64,000 nucleotides of DNA. Origin: an uncultured Saprospirales bacterium. Lineage in GTDB: Bacteria > Bacteroidota > Bacteroidia > Chitinophagales > JADIYW01. The stretch lies in NCBI GenBank assembly GCA_938008535.1, contig CALLKF010000155.1, forward strand, positions 10,885-74,884, written 5' to 3'. Below the pieces are notes generated by a model. It did no database searches and was not told the DNA's origin. It saw only the letters and a list, made by a program, of their open reading frames with translations. Positions 1 through 8,840 of the stretch are shown in pieces; position 1 is the stretch's first letter, and the number at the start of each line of letters is the position of its first letter. The position numbers and the translations under genes were made by a program.

Positions 1-926
1 CTCGAATAATTTTCAATACCACTGCAATAACCGAGTTCGCGCATCATTTCCAAATCAAAATTTACGCGCTCATCTAAGCGTTTTGCTTCCTGTGTTTTTC
101 CAGTTAAATTATAATACTCAACATGTGCTTTTAATTCGTCTTGAATTTCATTGATGATAGTTGGCATCATGTTTTTCGGTGCGATATAAATGTTTGCAGG
201 AAACAAGGCAATATCATTTAATTGTTCGATGCGTTTGCCAGAAGCTGGCTCAAACGACTCGAGTTCTTCGACATCATCGCCCCAAAATACAATACGATAT
301 GCATAATCAGCATAAGGTAAAAACACTTCGACAGTATCGCCAATTACTCGAAAATTTCCACGCTGAAAATCAGCAGTGGTGCGCGAATACAAAATGCTAA
401 CCATATTAAAGAGCAAAGTATTTCGAGAAATAGTTTGACCTTTGGAAATGCGAATAATTTGGTTTTTATATTCTGCCGGATTTCCTAAACCATAAATACA
501 CGAAACCGAAGCCACCACAATTACATCGCGTCTTCCACTCATTAAAGAAGTTGTGGTGCTGAGTCGCAATTTTTCTATTTCTGCGTTAATCGATAAATCT
601 TTTTCGATGTAGGTATCGGAAACAGGAATGTATGCTTCCGGTTGATAGTAATCATAATACGATGTAAAGAATTCAACTTTATTATCAGGAAAAAACTCTT
701 TGAACTCAGTATATAATTGTGCCACCAATGTTTTGTTGTGCGACAAAACTAAAGTTGGTCGTTGCGTTTTTTCAATAACATTGGCAATGGTAAATGTTTT
801 TCCAGAACCAGTAACACCTAATAAAACCTGTTCTTTTTCATTATTAAAAATACCTTTACTCAACTGATCGATAGCTGTTGGTTGGTCGCCTGCTGGCTGA
901 TAATTGGAATGAATTTTGAATGGCAT
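1..926 (-). CDS. uvrB: Excinuclease ABC subunit B, N-terminal ~308 codons; the gene continues past the left window edge
   Basis: Missing from the ORF track because it has no in-window stop. The reverse complement from ATG 926-924 reads MPFKIHSNYQPAGDQPTAIDQL...LLGVTGSGKTFTIANV (Walker A). The same frame at positions 59-1 reads FDLEMMRELGYCSGIENYS. Confidence 0.9.
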   Translation of the reverse strand, partial: MPFKIHSNYQPAGDQPTAIDQLSKGIFNNEKEQVLLGVTGSGKTFTIANVIEKTQRPTLVLSHNKTLVAQLYTEFKEFFPDNKVEFFTSYYDYYQPEAYIPVSDTYIEKDLSINAEIEKLRLSTTTSLMSGRRDVIVVASVSCIYGLGNPAEYKNQIIRISKGQTISRNTLLFNMVSILYSRTTADFQRGNFRVIGDTVEVFLPYADYAYRIVFWGDDVEELESFEPASGKRIEQLNDIALFPANIYIAPKNMMPTIINEIQDELKAHVEYYNLTGKTQEAKRLDERVNFDLEMMRELGYCSGIENYS

Positions 927-1029
927 GGTGTTACAAATCTAACATAAACAAAAGATAAGAACTCTATTTTGATTTAGAAAATGTATGTTTAAATAAAACA
1001 AAACCGTATTTTTAATTAAACATAAAAAG

Positions 1030-2316
1030 ATGAAGCAACCGATTTTTACACTATTTCTTCTTTTATTTCTTTTCAATAATTCTTCTGCGTCTGATTGTGG
1101 AAACGGAAGATATAAAAACAAACTATTTTCTACGGTGAAGCGCACCAACAATATTGTGTACGCAACCAAACCGCAAAGCAACGGCGTTCCAATTCAGTTG
1201 CGTTATGATGTATATGAACCGCAAGGTGACACAGGTCGAAATCGTGCAGTGATGCTGTTGATTCATGGTGGCGCGTACTTAAAATTATTAGACCAAAACA
1301 GTCCTGATATAGTTTTATTGTGCAATTATTTTGCTCAGTTAGGTTATGTTGCTATTTCTATAGATTACCGCCAAGAGCCAAATTTATTAGGTTTGCTATC
1401 AGAAGAAGTTATGGTGAAAGCAGTTTCGCGCGCGTTGATTGATACAAAAGATGCTATCGATCATTTAATCGATACTTATTCGAATGGAAATCCATATCGC
1501 ATTGATACTTCTAAAGCATTTATTGGTGGTGTTTCGGCTGGTGCGGTTTCTACCATGTTTATTACTTATTTAGATAGCTTGCAAATGTTGTCACCGAAAT
1601 ATCAGCAATGGATCATAGATGCCAATGGTGTGAATGCTGATTCTATTTTGCGTCATCGTTTTGATAAAATAAAACCAAAAGCAGCTATTAGTATTTCTGG
1701 TGCCATTTTAGATACGAATTGGATAAAACCCAATGGAATTGATTTATTATTAAATCACGGTTCTGTTGACCCAATTGTTCCATACAATTATGGAAAACCT
1801 TTTAGTATTCCTACGTTGCCTTATTTATATGGTGGAAAAGCCATGAATGCAAGAGCTTTGCATCAAGGAATATATGTTGAGTTTGAAGATTGGATTGGCA
1901 GAAGTCATGTGCCATTTTTTAATTTAGATTTGGGAAATATTTTAACATTACAATTAATCAACCAACCGATTTTTGACAGTACCAAAAGCCATATCAAGAA
2001 TTTTTGTTATCGTTTGTTAGATTGCAACCGCGTTACTGGAATTCGTGAAAACGTAGTTGACAAAGCCAATGTTTTTCCAAATCCAACTCAACAAAACTTT
2101 ACAGTTGAATTACCTAAAGCAATTGGTTCAAAAGATTGGACTGTTGAATTGTACGATATTTTAGGAAAACAGGTTTTTGCTCGAAATTATGATAACAGCT
2201 ATCAATCTATAGAAATAAACCAAAATCTATCGCCAAATATCTATTTCTTAAAAATGTATTATGAGCAAAACGGCGAGACTTTTGTTTATACTGCGAAAGT
2301 GGTGATTGGAAATTAA
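1030..2316 (+). CDS. Secreted alpha/beta-hydrolase (carboxylesterase/lipase-like) with a T9SS C-terminal sorting domain
   Basis: Signal peptide; HGG oxyanion motif (LLIHGGAY); GxSxG nucleophile elbow (GGVSAGA). The C-terminal ~80 aa (VFPNPTQQNFTVELP...YFLKMYYEQNGETFVYTAKVVI) match the T9SS type A CTD pattern. Confidence 0.8.
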   Translation: MKQPIFTLFLLLFLFNNSSASDCGNGRYKNKLFSTVKRTNNIVYATKPQSNGVPIQLRYDVYEPQGDTGRNRAVMLLIHGGAYLKLLDQNSPDIVLLCNYFAQLGYVAISIDYRQEPNLLGLLSEEVMVKAVSRALIDTKDAIDHLIDTYSNGNPYRIDTSKAFIGGVSAGAVSTMFITYLDSLQMLSPKYQQWIIDANGVNADSILRHRFDKIKPKAAISISGAILDTNWIKPNGIDLLLNHGSVDPIVPYNYGKPFSIPTLPYLYGGKAMNARALHQGIYVEFEDWIGRSHVPFFNLDLGNILTLQLINQPIFDSTKSHIKNFCYRLLDCNRVTGIRENVVDKANVFPNPTQQNFTVELPKAIGSKDWTVELYDILGKQVFARNYDNSYQSIEINQNLSPNIYFLKMYYEQNGETFVYTAKVVIGN

Positions 2317-2340
2317 TTTTCTATTTTATTAAATGTTATG

Positions 2341-2400
2341 TTTGCCGTGGTTCGTGTCTCACGAAACACCACATAAGGTTCGTGAGACACGAACCTTGGC
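2341..2400. repeat. Imperfect ~22-bp inverted repeat built from two opposed copies of the palindromic core TTCGTG-NNN-CACGAA; may also act as a terminator
   Basis: GGTTCGTGTCTCACGAA at 2349-2365 and GGTTCGTGAGACACGAACC at 2378-2396. The same 16-mer core recurs at 51007-51022. Confidence 0.6.
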
Positions 2401-2511
2401 AAGATAAGCACTGAAAGATAAATAATAGTAGAAACCAACTCTAACAGGATTTGGCGCTTCGCTTTTAAAAAGTATATTTATGGTAGGCAGTTCGTTGATT
2501 GGAAACAACGA

Positions 2512-2940
2512 ATGGCAAAAACAACAATTATGAAGAGCGCACTATTAATATTAGTATTATTCCAAAATCTAATGATTAACGGGTCTAATGACATGGATAA
2601 AAAGATTTATGGCAAATGGTTTTTAGTTAGTGGAATGTATGTTGACCATTGTGGTATACCTTCTGATCCAGGACCACTTAATATGGCAGATTCATTGATT
2701 GTATTTAATAGTGACAATACCTTTACAACTATTGTTCAAGAAGATCAAAAAGTTTACATCCAAAATGACAGTGGTGTATACTCTTTCAGAGATACTATGG
2801 TTATGGATTCGGTTCTTACTCAAAAATGGTACTTAAAACTTAAAAATTTGGAATATGAATTACAATTCATTGATGAAGATCGTGTAACCGTGATCGAGTA
2901 TGGCTACAGAATGGAACATTATTATCGTTTAGATCGATAA
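2512..2940 (+). CDS. Hypothetical small secreted protein
   Basis: 142-aa ORF with a hydrophobic N-terminal signal-like segment (MKSALLILVLFQNLM). No family motif recognised. Confidence 0.55.
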   Translation: MAKTTIMKSALLILVLFQNLMINGSNDMDKKIYGKWFLVSGMYVDHCGIPSDPGPLNMADSLIVFNSDNTFTTIVQEDQKVYIQNDSGVYSFRDTMVMDSVLTQKWYLKLKNLEYELQFIDEDRVTVIEYGYRMEHYYRLDR

Positions 2941-3044
2941 TCTTCTTATTGCTTCGATAATGCACTCGCCACTTTTCCTCTATTAACATCTTTTTTGCTT
3001 ATCATTCCATAACATTTCCTATTTTTACCGTATAAAATTAAAAT

Positions 3045-3569
3045 ATGGAATTTAAAGAAATTATTGCAGTGACTGGTGTACCAGGTTTAAAAAAATTAGT
3101 AGCGAACAGAAATGATGGTTTAATATTGAGCGAACTGGATGGCTCTAACAAAAAATTTTATTCTAATCGTCAGCATATGTTTTCGCCGTTAGAAAACATT
3201 TCAATTTATACAGATAACGATACAGTGGTTTTATTGGATGTGATGCTGGAAATGAAAGCGCAAAAAGCAACGAACGCACCAGTGGAACCAAATGCATCGA
3301 ACGATGATTTGAGAAATTATTTAGGAAAAATTTTACCGAATTTCGATAGAGAACGCGTAAATGTTTCTGACATCAAAAAACTACTAAAATGGTTTGCTGT
3401 TTTAGAACCGTTAGATGTAATTAAAAAAGCAGAAACAACTGAAAGCGATGAAGCAAAAACGATAGCGAAAAAAGAAGTGGCAAAACCGAAAACAGTTGCA
3501 CCAGCAAAAGATGTAGTGATGCAAAAACAATCGGTGCAAAAACCACGTCAGACTAAAAATAAAGTGTAA
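3045..3569 (+). CDS. Conserved Bacteroidota protein, DUF5606-like, with a Lys/Ala-rich C-terminal tail
   Basis: N-terminus IIAVTGVPGLKKLV...ISIYT and later RERVNVSDIKKLLKWF match my recollection of the DUF5606 family pattern. Confidence 0.6.
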   Translation: MEFKEIIAVTGVPGLKKLVANRNDGLILSELDGSNKKFYSNRQHMFSPLENISIYTDNDTVVLLDVMLEMKAQKATNAPVEPNASNDDLRNYLGKILPNFDRERVNVSDIKKLLKWFAVLEPLDVIKKAETTESDEAKTIAKKEVAKPKTVAPAKDVVMQKQSVQKPRQTKNKV

Positions 3570-3584
3570 CTCAAATATTGCAGT

Positions 3585-3619
3585 AATCCTTGAAGGTTTT
3601 AAAAACCTTCAAGGATTTT
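3585..3619 (+). terminator. Intrinsic terminator-like hairpin after the DUF5606-like gene
   Basis: AATCCTTGAAGGTTTT (3585-3600) pairs perfectly with AAAACCTTCAAGGATT (3602-3617), followed by TT. Confidence 0.6.
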
Positions 3620-3647
3620 GTATGTTTAAAACATAAAGAATATTTAA

Positions 3648-5348
3648 ATGAAAACCATCACTCGCAACAAACGCAGCTATCTTGCAGATAATTTAGTGGT
3701 ACACACTTGGCAAGATATTGCAACCTATTACGATGAATTATCAAGCAGAACCATTAATAATAAAGATGAATTATTGAAATGGATGCACGATAGAAGTGAA
3801 ACCGATGCCGTTTTAGATGAAGAATATCGTTGGCGTTATATACGTCAAACATGCGATACCGAAAACGAAATTGATAAAAAAGCGTACGAAGATTTTATTC
3901 AAACGATTATGCCAAATTGGATGACGTTTGCCAATCAACTGAATAAAAAATTAGCTGAAAATCCATTCATCAATGAATTGGATCAGGAACGATTTTTTAT
4001 TTATTTGCGTGGTTTGAAAAAAGAAATTTCTTTATTCAGAGATGAAAATATTCCGTTGTCGCAACAAGTACAATTAAAATCGCAAGAGTACGGAAACGCA
4101 ATTGCTGCGATGAGCATTGAGCACGAAGGCAATGAATATACGTTGCCGCAAGCTGCAGTTTTCTTGCAAAATCAAGATAGAAATTTACGAAAAGCGATTT
4201 ACGAAAAAACAGCTGACAGACGTTTGAAAGACCGCGATAAATTAAATGTTTTATTTTCTGAGTTAGTACAAATTCGTCATCAAATGGCTTTGAATGCTGG
4301 CTTTGAAAACTATCGAGATTTTATGTTTGCTGAACTCGGCAGATTCGATTATGATGTAAAAGCGTGCGAACAATTTCATGAAGCCATTAAATCAGAAGTG
4401 ATTCCGTTGGTGAAAAAAATTCATCAAAAAAGAAAACAACAATTAGCGGTAACGTCTATGTTTCCGTATGATTTGGATGTTGATGCAGAAAATTTACCAG
4501 CATTAAAACCATTCAATACTCAAGATGAATTGATTGACAAATCTGTTGCTTGTTTAAATAAAGTAGATCCGTTTTTTGCAGAGTGCATTTCCATCATGAA
4601 CAATATGCATTATTTGGATTTGAACTCGCGCAAAGGCAAAGCTCCTGGTGGTTACAACATGACGTTGCCAGAAATTGGCGTGCCATTTATTTTTATGAAT
4701 GCAGCAGGCACACACCGCGATTTGGAAACGATGGTGCACGAAGCTGGACACGCAGTGCATTCGTTTTTGATGCGCGATTTGCCATATAATTTTGATCAGG
4801 AAATTACTTCTGAAACAGCAGAACTGGCATCAATGAGCATGGAATTGATGACATTTGATGGTTTGGATGCGTTCTATAACGAAGCAGATGCAAAGCGTGC
4901 GATTGAAACACATTTGGAAGGAATTATTACTATGTTACCTTGGATTGCATTAGTAGATAAATTCCAACATTGGATATACACGAATCCAAATCATACGATT
5001 GATGAGCGTGAAAATAAATGGCTGGAATTTCAGAGTGAATTGAGCAGTGCTGAAGTTGATTGGACAAATTATGAAGATTACAGAAAAACATTGTGGCACA
5101 AACAACTGCATATTTTTGAAGTTCCTTTTTATTATATAGAATATGGAATTGCGCAATTGGGTGCGATTGCAGTTTGGCGAAACTATAAGCAAAACAAAGC
5201 GAAAGCGATTGAAGATTATAAAAATGCGTTGAAATTAGGTTATACAAAATCGATACCAGAAATGTATAAAACTGCTGGCATCGAATTTAATTTCTCTAAA
5301 GAATATGTGAAAGAATTAATGGATTTTTTGAACAGGGAAATTGGGTAA
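3648..5348 (+). CDS. M3 family oligoendopeptidase (PepF-like zinc metallopeptidase)
   Basis: 566 aa; HEXXH zinc motif in MVHEAGHAVHSF. Length and overall pattern are typical of M3B oligoendopeptidase F. Confidence 0.88.
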   Translation: MKTITRNKRSYLADNLVVHTWQDIATYYDELSSRTINNKDELLKWMHDRSETDAVLDEEYRWRYIRQTCDTENEIDKKAYEDFIQTIMPNWMTFANQLNKKLAENPFINELDQERFFIYLRGLKKEISLFRDENIPLSQQVQLKSQEYGNAIAAMSIEHEGNEYTLPQAAVFLQNQDRNLRKAIYEKTADRRLKDRDKLNVLFSELVQIRHQMALNAGFENYRDFMFAELGRFDYDVKACEQFHEAIKSEVIPLVKKIHQKRKQQLAVTSMFPYDLDVDAENLPALKPFNTQDELIDKSVACLNKVDPFFAECISIMNNMHYLDLNSRKGKAPGGYNMTLPEIGVPFIFMNAAGTHRDLETMVHEAGHAVHSFLMRDLPYNFDQEITSETAELASMSMELMTFDGLDAFYNEADAKRAIETHLEGIITMLPWIALVDKFQHWIYTNPNHTIDERENKWLEFQSELSSAEVDWTNYEDYRKTLWHKQLHIFEVPFYYIEYGIAQLGAIAVWRNYKQNKAKAIEDYKNALKLGYTKSIPEMYKTAGIEFNFSKEYVKELMDFLNREIG

Positions 5349-5365
5349 TTCTAAATACGTAAATT

Positions 5366-5406
5366 AAAAAACAGAAGGCTTCACTAAGTGATGCCTTCTG
5401 TTTTTA
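5366..5406. terminator. Bidirectional terminator hairpin between convergent genes
   Basis: A-tract, ACAGAAGGC (5371-5379), loop, GCCTTCTGT (5393-5401), T-tract. Confidence 0.6.
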
Positions 5407-5421
5407 TAACGGAACTTGTTT

Positions 5422-6027
5422 TTATTTTTTCCATTTAATGCCACAGCCAATTGCTTTGGTTGAAGTTGTTGCAACTGGTTTTCCAGCCAATAATGCATCT
5501 ATTGCGCTTTCTGCATATTTCTCTTTTACATCGGCAGCTTTTTCCCAATTATCATCAATCGCACCAATGTATTGCACTACAAATTTGTCGCCTACTTTTT
5601 GAACAATAAATACATGTGGTGTTTTTATTGCACCAAATTGTTTTGCAATGTTTTGCGATTCATCATACAAATAAGGAAAATTAAATTTTTTTTCTTTTGC
5701 ACGTACTTGCATAGCTTCGAAATTATCTTCTGGATATTGTATGGCATCATTCGGATTGATAGCAATTACTGGATATCCAGCTTTTGCATATTTGTTATTT
5801 AACGCCAAAATTCTGTCTTCATACGCCATCGCATACGGACAATGATTGCAAGTAAAAGTGATAATAAAACCTTTTGAATCTTTGTAATCAGCCAATGAAA
5901 CTTTTTTACCATCAATGTTTTGTAAGGAAAAATCTTTGATGTTATCACCAACTTTGTAGCCATTTTGTGCCATTGAAAATAAAGTGAAACTAACAATCGC
6001 CAACAGCGATAAAACTAACTTTTTCAT
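5422..6027 (-). CDS. Secreted thioredoxin-fold (redoxin/AhpC-TSA-like) protein
   Basis: Signal peptide; CxxC motif in FTCNHCPYA; 201 aa. Confidence 0.85.
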   Translation of the reverse strand: MKKLVLSLLAIVSFTLFSMAQNGYKVGDNIKDFSLQNIDGKKVSLADYKDSKGFIITFTCNHCPYAMAYEDRILALNNKYAKAGYPVIAINPNDAIQYPEDNFEAMQVRAKEKKFNFPYLYDESQNIAKQFGAIKTPHVFIVQKVGDKFVVQYIGAIDDNWEKAADVKEKYAESAIDALLAGKPVATTSTKAIGCGIKWKK

Positions 6028-6029
6028 AA

Positions 6030-6524
6030 TTATAATTTAGAGTGAATAAAATCTTCTAACGCTTTTTGATCGGCAAAATCACCTTCGTGAAAATTTACGT
6101 TTTCGCCGTTTTTGTATAAAATAGTTGCTGGAATAGTACCTGACCATTTCGGTTCAATTTTTTCAATCCATATGTTTGGATTTCCTGCTGATAATAAAAA
6201 ACATTCTGTAGTGTATTTTCTCATGTTTAAAAATTGCTCAACTCCAAACACGCGCGATTTTGCATCTTGACTAACCAAGATTATTTTTACTGGTTTGTCT
6301 TTATAAGCAATGGTAGCAGTTTGAAATAACGGCAATTCTTCTACACATGGCTTGCACCAAGTTGCCCAAAAATTTACTACATACAACGTATCATTTTTTT
6401 GAAGCACACGATTTTGATATTGTGGCAAATCAAAAATCGGCACAAAGGTTTGAGCAAACGAAACTGTGCTTATAGTACAAAGAATAATAAAAAGTAATTG
6501 TCGATAGTAATTCATGTATTGCAA
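6030..6524 (-). CDS. TlpA-like thiol:disulfide oxidoreductase
   Basis: Signal peptide; WCKPC active site (FWATWCKPCVEE). Only a 2-nt gap to the downstream redoxin gene. Confidence 0.85.
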   Translation of the reverse strand: MQYMNYYRQLLFIILCTISTVSFAQTFVPIFDLPQYQNRVLQKNDTLYVVNFWATWCKPCVEELPLFQTATIAYKDKPVKIILVSQDAKSRVFGVEQFLNMRKYTTECFLLSAGNPNIWIEKIEPKWSGTIPATILYKNGENVNFHEGDFADQKALEDFIHSKL

Positions 6525-6640
6525 ATTAACAAATTCTAATTCGCTTTGTTTAATGACTTTGTAAAAATCAACATAATTTAAGGTTGTTTAAGATTTCCGT
6601 TTTGTGTTTTATATTTTTGCAGAAATAGTATTCCGTTTTA

Positions 6641-7054
6641 ATGAAAAATATGCAAGAATTAGTTGCTCAATTTGAGCAAGAAACATTGCCAAAAGAACAG
6701 TGGACACACGAAGCACATTTATCTGTTGGTTGTTTTTATGTGTTTCATTTTGGAAAAGAAAGAGCGTTAGAAACAATACGTACCAACATAAAAAAATATA
6801 ACCTTGCTGTTGGTGGCGAAAATACGGATACTGCTGGTTATCATGAAACAATTACAATATTTTGGATTTGGAATATCAATGAGTTTATAAAAAATCACGG
6901 AAAAGAAAATACGTTAGAAACGGTTATTCAGCAATTTATTTCTAGCAAATACGCAGATAAAAGTTTGCCTTTCAGCTATTATTCAAAAGAATTATTGCTT
7001 TCTACAAAAGCTAGATTGAATTTTATAGAACCAGATATTGCTGGTTTTGTCTAA
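6641..7054 (+). CDS. Hypothetical protein
   Basis: 137-aa ORF with normal local composition. No motif recognised. Confidence 0.55.
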   Translation: MKNMQELVAQFEQETLPKEQWTHEAHLSVGCFYVFHFGKERALETIRTNIKKYNLAVGGENTDTAGYHETITIFWIWNINEFIKNHGKENTLETVIQQFISSKYADKSLPFSYYSKELLLSTKARLNFIEPDIAGFV

Positions 7055-7170
7055 TAATTGAAATTAATTTATTATCAAGTTGGCACAATAATTGAACTTT
7101 TTAAGCGTTCTTAACATTAATATATTAACTTGAATGAGTAAGAATCAGGTTAATTTTCATATTTTTATAT

Positions 7171-7596
7171 ATGCGATTTTTTAGCTCAATACTTTTAACT
7201 CTTTTTTGCAGCAGTTTATTTGCTATGCAATCTCTAAAGTCGTTGGAAAAATACACACCAAAAAATAGCAACAGTCCATGCGTTCAGGCCTTTTTGAATT
7301 CAGAAATGTTGAATTGTGGTACTTTTATTTCAAAAAAATCAAAAGGAATTTTAACAGTTTCTAAAGACAATATCAATAAAATTTATTTCAATGTAACGTT
7401 AAAATCCAACATTGGAAAGAAAGATGAGCCACCCATTTATTTGCGTTTCATTAAACAAAAATCGTTAGACATTAACGAAATTATGGAATATGCAGAAGAT
7501 GGTGATGAAATTTATATTGAACAGTTTGTTGCTTCTGTTAATAAAATTGATTTAAACTGTGCACCAGCTAGTTTTACGATTAGTACAGATTTATAA
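7171..7596 (+). CDS. Hypothetical secreted protein
   Basis: 141-aa ORF with signal-like MRFFSSILLTLFCSSLFA. Confidence 0.5.
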   Translation: MRFFSSILLTLFCSSLFAMQSLKSLEKYTPKNSNSPCVQAFLNSEMLNCGTFISKKSKGILTVSKDNINKIYFNVTLKSNIGKKDEPPIYLRFIKQKSLDINEIMEYAEDGDEIYIEQFVASVNKIDLNCAPASFTISTDL

Positions 7597-7607
7597 ATCA
7601 ATCTTTA

Positions 7608-8831
7608 CTACCTAGTTTTTTGATATACTTCAGCATATTTTTCTACACCATTTTCTAAAGAAAAATAATCTTTTGCACCAGCAATAATTTGCTCTGTGTC
7701 GTAATTTTTAATCAAAGAAAAACAAACATCTTCAGAAAAATCCATTTCATAAACATCTTTCACAACATAACCTGCGTTGTAATTATTAACAATAAAATCA
7801 GTGTCGCCAACGTGACTATTGCAAATAACAGGTTTGCCCATTGCCATGATTTCGCCTTGTTTTGTTGGTGATGACGCTCGTTTGGAATAAGATGGTAAAA
7901 TAAAAAAGATGGAATAATGGCATAGTGAAATAAGAGCAGGAATTTCAGTTCGGCTACCTGCACGAATGACAATGGCTTCTTTTATATTATAATATGCTGC
8001 TGTTTTTAAAATGCGTTCATGCTCGTCCTTAGTAACAAATAAAAACTTTGCACTTGGTTCTTGTTTTTTAAATTCGGCAAAAAACTGCATCATTTCTGTC
8101 AGCATATACCAAGTACCAATCGAACCTAAATACAATAAAACATAATCATTTTCTTGAATATTTAATTCGTTTTTCAATGCTATGATTTGTTGTTGATCTA
8201 CTTTATTTTTATCAAATAAATCTAAATCAGCGCAACATGGAATTACTTGTATTTTTATTGGATTGTTGGTAATATGTTTCCAACTAAGCATTTCGTCTTT
8301 TGCGTTTTGAGTTAAACTTATTGTATAATCAGCATTTTCTAAAAATTGTTTTTCTTTCTTTTTGAAATAATTATAAACCATTCTATACAATGGATTCTTT
8401 AAGTTCCACAATTTTCCGTCTACACGTTCATCTGCCCAAAAACCGCGCATATCAAAAATAAATTTGGTCTGCAACTTTTTTTTCATTTGCAAGCCAATCA
8501 TTGCAGCAATATAACTTCTGCAATGCACAATTTTAAATTGTTTGGTTTGGTGTAGTTTAAACGCTAATTTTTTAATGCGATTAACATCATACACAGTTGA
8601 TAAAATTGGTGGTTTTTTAGTGTAGGATATTGGCTGCCAATCTATTTTATGTTCATCTAAAATAGATTTAATTAAACGTTCATTCTTAGCAAAAACTTCT
8701 TCTTTTTCACAACTTATTAAGGTGAAGGAATACCCTTTTTTTGTTAAACCAATTAAATATGGAATTACTTGCGATTGACCGAGTGGATCGGTCATTCCAT
8801 CATACGAAATATATAGGCAATTAATCAGCAT
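7608..8831 (-). CDS. Glycosyltransferase, GT4/GT-B type
   Basis: 407 aa; C-terminal half has the GT-B pattern (PTKQGEIMAMGKPVI). Last gene of a minus-strand GT operon. Confidence 0.75.
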   Translation of the reverse strand: MLINCLYISYDGMTDPLGQSQVIPYLIGLTKKGYSFTLISCEKEEVFAKNERLIKSILDEHKIDWQPISYTKKPPILSTVYDVNRIKKLAFKLHQTKQFKIVHCRSYIAAMIGLQMKKKLQTKFIFDMRGFWADERVDGKLWNLKNPLYRMVYNYFKKKEKQFLENADYTISLTQNAKDEMLSWKHITNNPIKIQVIPCCADLDLFDKNKVDQQQIIALKNELNIQENDYVLLYLGSIGTWYMLTEMMQFFAEFKKQEPSAKFLFVTKDEHERILKTAAYYNIKEAIVIRAGSRTEIPALISLCHYSIFFILPSYSKRASSPTKQGEIMAMGKPVICNSHVGDTDFIVNNYNAGYVVKDVYEMDFSEDVCFSLIKNYDTEQIIAGAKDYFSLENGVEKYAEVYQKTR

Positions 8832-8840
8832 CCGCTATTT

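Noticed and set aside
161-1181. Track ORFs 161-400 (+, 79 aa) and 939-1181 (-, 80 aa).
   Set aside because: The first lies antisense inside the clearly coding uvrB frame. The second overlaps the uvrB/esterase promoter region and the start of the esterase gene. Both have odd Cys/Arg/His-rich or low-complexity products typical of shadow ORFs.
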